Source: Vulcanimicrobiota bacterium
GTDB lineage: Bacteria; Vulcanimicrobiota; Xenobia; Xenobiales; JADMJV01
Assembly: GCA_050250895.1 (NCBI GenBank)
Contig: JBFWNU010000001.1
Span: 3,552,149-3,616,148, forward strand
Direction of reading: 5' to 3'
DNA: 64,000 nucleotides
Shown in pieces: positions 57,236 to 64,000 of the stretch. The stretch's first letter is position 1. Each line of letters begins with the position of its first letter. The notes beneath the pieces are model-generated. The model was not told the DNA's origin. It was given only the letters and a program-made list of their open reading frames with translations, and ran no database searches. The position numbers were made by a program, and so were the translations under genes.

Positions 57236-57760
57236 ATGGCTAAGACAGAGAAGAAGATTTCCTGGTGGTCCGCCAGTATCGTTACCATACTTTTGCTGGC
57301 GGCCGGTGCGTTCGGCGTCTGGAAGTTGAATGGAGGCGCCGCGCCTTTTGAGAAGCAGGCCACCCAGCCGAACCCCGAGCAAGACCTGATGGTCCTCACC
57401 CAATATCCCGATCACTTCGTCGGCCAGCGGATTTCGTCGACGGCCCAGATCGAAGAGGTGGTGGACGAGCGCATGGTCTGGCTGACCGATGAGGTGGGTC
57501 GACAGCACGTGTTGGCAATCATCCTGCCGCTCGAGTCGCTTCGACCCGGTCAGGCCGTAACACTGCGCGGCACCCTTTATCGAGCTGACGACACTCACAC
57601 TTTGAACACCGATGGGCTCAGCGAAGAGGCACTCGCGCTCCTGCACCGCACCAAGTATTACATGCGGGTGGACGCTATTGCGCCGGTCGACGAGTCGGCC
57701 TCGGATTGGCGCGAGGATTCACCCCTGGAACCCGAGCGCGTGCCGCAGGTGGCCAACTAG
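57236..57760 (+). CDS. Single-TM hypothetical protein with OB-fold-like extracytoplasmic domain
   Basis: GGAGG SD; N-terminal TM; VGQRIS..AQIEEVV..GQAVTLRGT. Confidence 0.65.
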   Translation: MAKTEKKISWWSASIVTILLLAAGAFGVWKLNGGAAPFEKQATQPNPEQDLMVLTQYPDHFVGQRISSTAQIEEVVDERMVWLTDEVGRQHVLAIILPLESLRPGQAVTLRGTLYRADDTHTLNTDGLSEEALALLHRTKYYMRVDAIAPVDESASDWREDSPLEPERVPQVAN

Positions 57761-58695
57761 CGCTGTCCCCCCAACATGCCCGTGGTGGTGTAGAAAGGCG
57801 CCCAAAAGGCAACCAGCGCCAGCGCTACCGGCAGGCCGAGCAAGAGCAGAGCCAGCGGCCGGCACAAGCGTTGGGCTTTCTCGGTGAGGTATTCTACCTC
57901 GGTCTCGAGGATGTTGGCCCCCAACAACAACTCGTCGGCCAGGTGGTGCTCGCTCGTGAGCGCCACCCGCACCACCGGGTCGAGCCCCAGCCCGGCACTG
58001 GCCCCAGCCAGGTCCAGGCCTCGCTCCATCAGCACCGAAAGCTGTTGGAACGGGGCGCTCTCGCCTGGTTCGAGCACGGCTTCGGCCAGGGGCAAAGACT
58101 CGTGCAGACTGCGACCGCCCGCGATCAAAGTGGCCATCGAACGCAGCCACAGACTCTGCTGAGCCTTGCGCCGAATGTGCGTCAACCAGGGCAACGCCGC
58201 GAGCACGCGGGCGCGGGCCTGCGTCCAGGTATGCAGCGCCGCCGTGGCCGCTGCCAGGGCGATGGCCGCGACTTGTAACCAGACCGCGTTCGGCGGCGAT
58301 AGATTGGCCGCCACCAACATCGGCCACACTACCACCGGCAGAATGTAGCCCAGCAGAAACACGAGCAGACAGACAATTCCGTCGAGCACCATCAGAGGAT
58401 AAGAAAGTGCCGCTACCAACCGGCGATCGAGCCGGTCCTTGAGTTCGAGCCAGTCAGAAAGGCTGCTCAGCACGGCCGCCGGCTCGGGGGTGCGTTCGGC
58501 CGTGGTCACCACCGCTCGGTAATACTCCGAGAATCGCTCGGGTTGGCGGGCCAGGGCCTGGCCCAGGGTGTCGCCCGAGGCCACCGCTTCGGCCAACTCA
58601 GGTTCACCCACCAGTCGAAGCGCTTCATCGAGCGGTTGACCCAATCGGCAGCTGATGGCCAGAAAGCGCGTGGCTTCTACCAATTGCAGGCTCAT
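57757..58695 (-). CDS. GspF/PilC-like type II secretion/pilus platform protein (third copy)
   Basis: G.PLDEAL, GDTLGQAL..F, AALSYP, GRSLHESL; ATGA coupling. Confidence 0.8.
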   Translation of the reverse strand: MSLQLVEATRFLAISCRLGQPLDEALRLVGEPELAEAVASGDTLGQALARQPERFSEYYRAVVTTAERTPEPAAVLSSLSDWLELKDRLDRRLVAALSYPLMVLDGIVCLLVFLLGYILPVVVWPMLVAANLSPPNAVWLQVAAIALAAATAALHTWTQARARVLAALPWLTHIRRKAQQSLWLRSMATLIAGGRSLHESLPLAEAVLEPGESAPFQQLSVLMERGLDLAGASAGLGLDPVVRVALTSEHHLADELLLGANILETEVEYLTEKAQRLCRPLALLLLGLPVALALVAFWAPFYTTTGMLGGQR

Positions 58696-59411
58696 GGATG
58701 GATCCCCGGATAGGCCTGCCACCACAACAGGGCCACCAAAAGTCCCAGACCTACCAGCAACACGGGCTCGAGCCACCCCAACAGCCAACCCCAACCCCAG
58801 TCGGCCCGCCGCTCCAGCAGAGCGGCCACGCGACCGGCCGCTCCCGGCAGCCTCAGCAGTGGAGCCAGCGGATCGCGACCAAAGGCCTGCTCCAAGGTGG
58901 CTCCTCGCTCGAGTTGTTGGCAGACCATCCCAGCCTCGGTGCGCCACCGTTTGAGGCCGGCCCGTTCCCGGGCCAGTTTGGCCGCCGTCGGCAGCGGATA
59001 GCCCTGAGCCGTCAGCACCTCGAGCCAGATGAGAAAGTCGGCTTGCTCCCGCCAGGGTGGCATCGGGCGATACCAGAGCGCGAGCGGCACCAGGGCCAGA
59101 GTCATCCCGACCACCATCGTCCCCTGCCCTAAACCGAGCGCTAACAGGCTCCACAAAGCCAGCACCAAAAGGGGATAGGCTAGCTCGACCCCCAGCCGGC
59201 GGCCTCGCCCCCGAGCCATTTCGGCGCCGCGAGCGCGGGCCTCGAGGGTCGTCACCAGGTCGTCACTTTCGTGATCCAACCCCAGCACCTCGGCCACCGA
59301 GTCGCCTCGGGCCAGGCGCTCGGCCAGATCGGGGCGCGAGCAGGCGACGGCTTCGGGCAGGGTCAGTCCCTGACGCAGCCGGCGAGCGGTCTTGCGATCG
59401 AAATCGTTCAC
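58692..59411 (-). CDS. Short GspF/PilC-like protein (second copy)
   Basis: GLTLPEAV, ELAYP, GYPLPTA, LERGATL, LEPVLL; GTGA coupling. Confidence 0.7.
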   Translation of the reverse strand: MNDFDRKTARRLRQGLTLPEAVACSRPDLAERLARGDSVAEVLGLDHESDDLVTTLEARARGAEMARGRGRRLGVELAYPLLVLALWSLLALGLGQGTMVVGMTLALVPLALWYRPMPPWREQADFLIWLEVLTAQGYPLPTAAKLARERAGLKRWRTEAGMVCQQLERGATLEQAFGRDPLAPLLRLPGAAGRVAALLERRADWGWGWLLGWLEPVLLVGLGLLVALLWWQAYPGIHP

Positions 59412-60913
59412 GGCAGCAAGAACTCTCCAAAGCCTACCGTCAGCACATGTTGATACGGCATGATACAGAGCACGCAAACCGCCAGAACCACCACGCCGGC
59501 GGCCACCGTCAGTCCGGTATCGACCTGTTCGCCCAGTCGAATGATGGCGTTTTCGTATTCTTCATTTTGCAGTCGTGAGGCCGCCTCGAGGGCCTCGGGC
59601 AGCTGGCCGCTGGCCTCGCCCGCCCGGATGAGAAAGTGGACGCGGGGGGGAAAGAACTCGGCGAATTCCTCCAGCAACTGGCTGATTCCCGAGCCCCGGT
59701 GGGCGGCCTTGCGCAGCTGGTCGGCCAGGCGGCGTTCTTCCAACGCCTGGCTGGCGATCTCGAGGGCAGCCGTGGTGGGAATACCCAAACGCAACAGGCC
59801 CGACAAGGTTCCCAACAACTGAGCTCGCTGTCCCAGGCGAGCCAGCCGGGCCGGAAAGAGCCGGGCCGAGATGGCCGTGAACAGCCGTCCGCGCACGTCA
59901 GGCAGAAACGCGAGCACCAGGAAGAGCACTGCCGCCATGGCCATGAGAAAGCCGTTCTCGAACAGTCCTTGCAGCCACAGCGAGGCTCTCACCGAGAGCG
60001 GCGATGGACCGGGTTGATCGTGGAGCATCGAGGCCAGCGGGGCCAGGGTATAGGTCATGTTGAAGGCCAGGATCAAGAAGGCCATCACCACCAGAGCCAG
60101 ATGGCGCACCGCCAGCATGGGGCGTTTGCGGCTTTCGAGGTGGGCCAGTTGCCGCAGGGCCGCCGGCAGCGAGGCCGAGTGGGTGAGTTCGAGCAGGCGG
60201 GGCCAATAGGACGGAAAGGTCACTCGCCTGCGCAAGGCCGTCGAGAGATGTTCGCCCCGGGCCACCGCCTGGCCGATATCGGCTAAGCCAAGGTTGTTCG
60301 AGATCCTGGCCAGCAGCGCGTTTTCTTCCAGGGTCACGCGAAGGTCCTCGAGCGCCTCGGCCAGACTCAAGCCCATCTCCAGGCGGCCGGCCAGTTCGGC
60401 CGCCAACAGCTCGCGGTCGAGCGACTGGCCCCGCGAGATCAACAGGTCGAGGTTGGCCCAGGCGATTTGCAGCGCGCCGGTGATGAGCGCCGTCAAGACC
60501 AGCGGACCCCAGATCAGTTCTCCCTCGTCATCGGGCACCAGCATGAGCAGCAGCACGAGCTGTACGACCAGGGCCAAAAACCAGTGGCCCACCAGCGCCA
60601 GCCGGCGACGCCACGGCGGATCCTCGTCGCGATAGGCGGCCAGCCAGCTGTGGATCAAGAGAAACCAGAGGGTCAGGATGACCATGCACAGGGCCACGGT
60701 CGAATCGAGGCCCGCGCTGACCAGACCGGCCAGCAGTACCATGGCGGCCACGGTCGGATTGGCCAGGCTATCGATGAAGCGTCGGGTCACCACCAGGGCG
60801 CCCAGGGCAAAAAGCCCGAAGAAGTAGCCCAGGGTCGGATTGGCGCCGTAGTTGAACCAGCAGAACAGATAGAACAGGCCCCAGCCGCGCACTAAAAAGA
60901 TGGGTCGCTTCAC
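59408..60913 (-). CDS. GspF/PilC-like protein with extra N-terminal multi-TM domain (first copy)
   Basis: GLSLAEAL, GEHLSTAL..FP, GIPTTAAL, IRAGEASGQLPEAL; GTG start 60913. Confidence 0.82.
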   Translation of the reverse strand: MKRPIFLVRGWGLFYLFCWFNYGANPTLGYFFGLFALGALVVTRRFIDSLANPTVAAMVLLAGLVSAGLDSTVALCMVILTLWFLLIHSWLAAYRDEDPPWRRRLALVGHWFLALVVQLVLLLMLVPDDEGELIWGPLVLTALITGALQIAWANLDLLISRGQSLDRELLAAELAGRLEMGLSLAEALEDLRVTLEENALLARISNNLGLADIGQAVARGEHLSTALRRRVTFPSYWPRLLELTHSASLPAALRQLAHLESRKRPMLAVRHLALVVMAFLILAFNMTYTLAPLASMLHDQPGPSPLSVRASLWLQGLFENGFLMAMAAVLFLVLAFLPDVRGRLFTAISARLFPARLARLGQRAQLLGTLSGLLRLGIPTTAALEIASQALEERRLADQLRKAAHRGSGISQLLEEFAEFFPPRVHFLIRAGEASGQLPEALEAASRLQNEEYENAIIRLGEQVDTGLTVAAGVVVLAVCVLCIMPYQHVLTVGFGEFLLP

Positions 60914-61254
60914 GGCCAGTTGGCCTCTCTTTGACAATGAGTCGAGCCGGCCTCGCCGACGCAGGTCAAGCGCCACCGTTTGCCGCCCAGCGGGATGGCC
61001 TCGACGGTGAAGCCCTGCCCCGGGGCGAGCCTGGGCGAGACGAACTGGCGGGCCGTGGTCCAGCGGCCAGTCGTGAGCATCTTGCGGGCGTAGGCGAGGC
61101 CCGACTCGGCCATCACCTCGGCTGCCTGAGCACGCTTGTGAGCTTCCACGGTACTTCTGGCCTGACCGGTATAGATGTGCAAGGTCAAGAAAAAGGTCAA
61201 ATAGACCACCGCCAGTTGCATCACCAGGATCAAGGAGAGGCCGCGTTTCTTCAC
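60910..61254 (-). CDS. PilX/GspK-like minor pilin
   Basis: KRG|LSLILV prepilin-like N-terminus; AESGLAYA motif. Confidence 0.7.
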   Translation of the reverse strand: MKKRGLSLILVMQLAVVYLTFFLTLHIYTGQARSTVEAHKRAQAAEVMAESGLAYARKMLTTGRWTTARQFVSPRLAPGQGFTVEAIPLGGKRWRLTCVGEAGSTHCQREANWP

Positions 61255-61676
61255 GGAGTGGCTCCCGAGTAGCGATAGGGCAGGCGCTGCCGGCAGGCCA
61301 GGTATTCGAGCTCGAGGGTCAACCAGGTCTGGCCGTGGCGCTTGACCACCGCGAATTCGCGGACGGGATAGGGGGTCAACGAGTGTTCACCGTGGCGGTC
61401 ACGAAGCAGCAGCTTCTGGTCTTGCCAGCGAAGGTGCGAGCCATCGGCAAAATTCAGACCGTGACAATCGGCATCGGCCCGGTGTTTGCCGGGCAGGGCC
61501 AGGCGGCCGTGGAGCCTGGCTACCAGGGCCCGCGACTCGGCGCGCACGTCGGCCTGAACGGTGGCGATGCGATGCTCGTTGAGGGTGGTGCACAGCGCGG
61601 CAAAGAGTGGTCCCGCCAGCGTGACGATCACTGCCAGCACCACTAGCAACTCGACCAGGGTGAAGGCTCGTCTCAC
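61251..61676 (-). CDS. Prepilin-type N-methylation protein
   Basis: RRA|FTLVELLVV class III signal. Confidence 0.85.
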   Translation of the reverse strand: MRRAFTLVELLVVLAVIVTLAGPLFAALCTTLNEHRIATVQADVRAESRALVARLHGRLALPGKHRADADCHGLNFADGSHLRWQDQKLLLRDRHGEHSLTPYPVREFAVVKRHGQTWLTLELEYLACRQRLPYRYSGATP

Positions 61677-62413
61677 GGCTTCACCTTCAAGAAGCCGAGT
61701 TCGACCTGGCGCTCTCCGCCGTAGGTGGTGACCAGGCGAATCTGTTTGAAGTCGCTGGGGGCCAATTGTGGTTCGAGGGTGTCATCGAGATAGCGACCCT
61801 CGACCTCGGTGCGGATGCGACCGCCCCGGTAGTCGACCACTACCACCTGGCCGCGGTGTTTCTGGTCGAGTTGCAGCTTGCCATCCTGACCCAGCTGATA
61901 GGCAACCGGACTGAGTTGGTCGGCTTGAGCCAGCAGTACCCGGTCGACTGCCTCGACCGGTTGGTTGTAGAGCTGCACCTGGCCCCGAGCGTCCACCGTA
62001 TGGGCCTCGCCCTGTTCCGGCAGGTAGTCAGCCAGCCATTGGTAGTCGACCACCAGTTGGCGACCCCGCCACTCGGCCGGCAGCCGCAGCCGACTGCCCC
62101 GGCGTTCGAGCGGCGAGCCGGCGGGTGTTCCGTCAGGCCAGAAGAGGCGCAGGCTGCCTTCGACCACCACGACCTGGCCCAGGTCGATCCAGCCGTCGGC
62201 ACCCACCCTCAGCAATCGCGGCGCGACCATGTTGAAGTCGGCCTTGAGCAAGGACTGGCGCGTCTGTTCGCAGGTCTGGGCGGCGAAGCGATAGTCTTTC
62301 TCGCGGGCCAAACTACCCAGCAGATGCCAGGTGAGGGGTTGGATAGCGGCCAGAATCGCCAGGATCGCGATACAGATCATCAGCTCGATGAGCGTAAACC
62401 CCCGTGGTCGCAT
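61673..62413 (-). CDS. Prepilin-type N-methylation protein with duplicated VVDY beta domain
   Basis: RG|FTLIELMI; GRQLVVDY / GQVVVVDY internal repeat. Confidence 0.87.
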   Translation of the reverse strand: MRPRGFTLIELMICIAILAILAAIQPLTWHLLGSLAREKDYRFAAQTCEQTRQSLLKADFNMVAPRLLRVGADGWIDLGQVVVVEGSLRLFWPDGTPAGSPLERRGSRLRLPAEWRGRQLVVDYQWLADYLPEQGEAHTVDARGQVQLYNQPVEAVDRVLLAQADQLSPVAYQLGQDGKLQLDQKHRGQVVVVDYRGGRIRTEVEGRYLDDTLEPQLAPSDFKQIRLVTTYGGERQVELGFLKVKP

Positions 62414-62447
62414 CGCCGCCGTTTCCGTGAACAATCAGCAACTCCTT

Positions 62448-64000
62448 CTACCAGGCCGCTTTGTAGGCGCAGCGCAGGCTGTGTTCGGTCCTGAGCTGAC
62501 GATAGGCTTGCTGCAAGCTGGTCCACTCGCGGGCAGTGAGTGCGCTGACCTTGCCGTCGGCGGCCAGGCGCGTGCCCGATTCGAGTTCGGCTCGCATGCG
62601 CACCAGGTTGGCCGGAAGGTCGCGATCGACCGTGGGTTCGGGCCTGGCCTGGCGCAAGTAGCAGCGAACGGAACGGCGCCCCACTACCAACCACAAGTTC
62701 TTGCCCTCGACCAGTTCTCGGGCCGGTTCGCCAGGGGGCAGGATGAACCCGGCCGTGGCCACGGGAGTGGCCTCGACCACCGTGAGACGATTGCCTTCGA
62801 TGGTGATGCGCCGCCCATCCAGCAAGCGGCCGCCTCCGGGCCACAGGCTGACCAACGGACCCGGACATGGCCGGCTGTCGTCACCGGCAAAGAGGCGTCC
62901 GTCGGCCGTGGCCGCCAACAACAAGCCCTTGCTGGTGGTGGCCGCGGCCAATACCGGCGAGCCGAAAGCCCGGGGAGGATTGGCGAAATCGCGCACGGTG
63001 CCGTCGAGGGAGCTGCTCACCACCCGAGCCCCGCGAAAATGGACCGAGGTCACCGGGCCGTCGTGGCGGCCCACCAGACGAGGTCGCGAGGCGGTGCCGT
63101 CGCGGACCTCGACCCGGCCGTCGAGATAGCCCAGGGCGATCGACTCCTTGGCGAAGGCGAAACAGGCCAATCCCGGCAGCTCCAGCTGGCGCCACGAGCC
63201 GGTTTCCAGCAGTTGGGCTCTCCCGTCGGCGCTACGCACCCCCAGCCAGTCTTCGCGAGGGCTCAGCGCCACTTGCTCGATCTCGTCCTGGCTGCGCACC
63301 AACCCGCCCAGAGGCGTCTCGAGCGCAGGCAAACCTTGGCGTTGTCGCTCGCCGGCTCGAGCTTCAATCTCGGCCGCCTCGAGATAGGCTCGCAATCGCT
63401 GGGTGGCATCGGCCTGAACCGGCTGCGGGGTCGGGACCACCTCGGCCGGGGCCGACGCTTCTTCCTGACCGGACCGCTCTTCCACCTTGCTTTTGAGGCT
63501 CTGCGTGGTAAGCATGGTCAAGCCTAACAGGACCACCAGAAAGACGGTGGAGATGGCCACGGTGGCTGTGTGGCGCCGCAGAAACAGGTTGAGTTGATAG
63601 GCCGTCGTCCAGGGCTTTTTCACCAGCAACGGTTGGCGTTGCTCCCAGCGTCGCAAGTCTTCCATCACCTCACCGGCGCTGGCCGGACGTTGTTGCGGGT
63701 CGAGCGCCAGGCAAGCCTCGATGATGGCGGCCAGCTCGGCCGGCACGGCCGGATTGAGCTCGCGCACTCCCACCAGTGGAGAGTTCATCAGAGTGTCGGT
63801 ATAGAACGCCAGCCGCTCACCGGCATCGGTGAGGTGGCTCAACTGGTTGCGCGAGGCCAGCGGAATGCGGGGCAACTGGCCGGTCAAAAGCGAATAGATG
63901 GTGGCCCCCAGACTGTAGATATCCCAGCTCGAATTGGGGCCGGTCTCGACCTGGCCCAGAGCGGCCCCGGCCTGCTCGGGGGCCATGTAACCCACCGTAC
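62448..64000 (-). CDS. Membrane Ser/Thr kinase with WD40-like domain, 5' end outside window
   Basis: GYMAPEQ, DIYSLGA, RP; TM segment; HDGPVTSVHF..SSSLDGTVR. Confidence 0.88.
   Translation of the reverse strand, partial: TVGYMAPEQAGAALGQVETGPNSSWDIYSLGATIYSLLTGQLPRIPLASRNQLSHLTDAGERLAFYTDTLMNSPLVGVRELNPAVPAELAAIIEACLALDPQQRPASAGEVMEDLRRWEQRQPLLVKKPWTTAYQLNLFLRRHTATVAISTVFLVVLLGLTMLTTQSLKSKVEERSGQEEASAPAEVVPTPQPVQADATQRLRAYLEAAEIEARAGERQRQGLPALETPLGGLVRSQDEIEQVALSPREDWLGVRSADGRAQLLETGSWRQLELPGLACFAFAKESIALGYLDGRVEVRDGTASRPRLVGRHDGPVTSVHFRGARVVSSSLDGTVRDFANPPRAFGSPVLAAATTSKGLLLAATADGRLFAGDDSRPCPGPLVSLWPGGGRLLDGRRITIEGNRLTVVEATPVATAGFILPPGEPARELVEGKNLWLVVGRRSVRCYLRQARPEPTVDRDLPANLVRMRAELESGTRLAADGKVSALTAREWTSLQQAYRQLRTEHSLRCAYKAAW

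Noticed and set aside
1065-63527. Many long antisense/alternate-frame ORFs (e.g. 1065-2453+, 4021-5622-, 7669-8961+, 24829-26514-, 62331-63527+)
   Set aside because: Shadow ORFs expected in high-GC DNA opposite well-supported genes; no recognisable motifs.
1-64000. Apparent abundance of TCGA/CTCGAG as a HIP-like repeat
   Set aside because: Plausibly explained by CTC-GAG and GTC-GAG codon pairs; needs a Markov-model count I cannot run.

Overview
GC-rich bacterial chromosomal window; gene style and orphan families tentatively suggest Candidatus Eremiobacterota/Vulcanimicrobiota (inference only). Three zones. (1) 1-29.8 kb: an HD hydrolase, a Ser/Thr kinase-TPR-WD40 protein, a bacterial homologue of the fungal GH162 endo-beta-1,2-glucanase, alpha-amylase, C26 and Tat-exported M3 peptidases, a 1328-aa protein built from 336-bp tandem repeats, a double FGE-sulfatase protein, KtrAB, a REP-like repeat cluster, and a decayed HNH / Rhs-toxin / immunity islet. 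(2) 29.8-57.8 kb: a general-stress/redox island with PaoABC-type molybdoenzyme, DUF892, AI-2E, FAD oxidoreductases, Hsp20, GH1, a radical SAM-NnrS-like-HemG operon with an FNR-type box, a selenocysteine formate dehydrogenase (in-frame UGA + SECIS) with NrfD anchor, GT2, DUF3618/holin-like genes, MgtC, an orphan NarL regulator, MscS and LigD-Pol. (3) 57.8-64 kb: a kinase followed by pilin-like genes and three GspF/PilC-like paralogues. The most striking unexplained signal is a shared N-terminal tag (M-K/R/Q-I/V-x-P/A, Pro/Ala-rich spacer, D-x-V/I/F-x-L-S) on at least six unrelated proteins in zone 1. Most of these genes appear leaderless (TANNNT 6-9 nt before ATG), making the tag a candidate undescribed export signal. 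No rRNA, tRNA, CRISPR array or intact IS was recognised.
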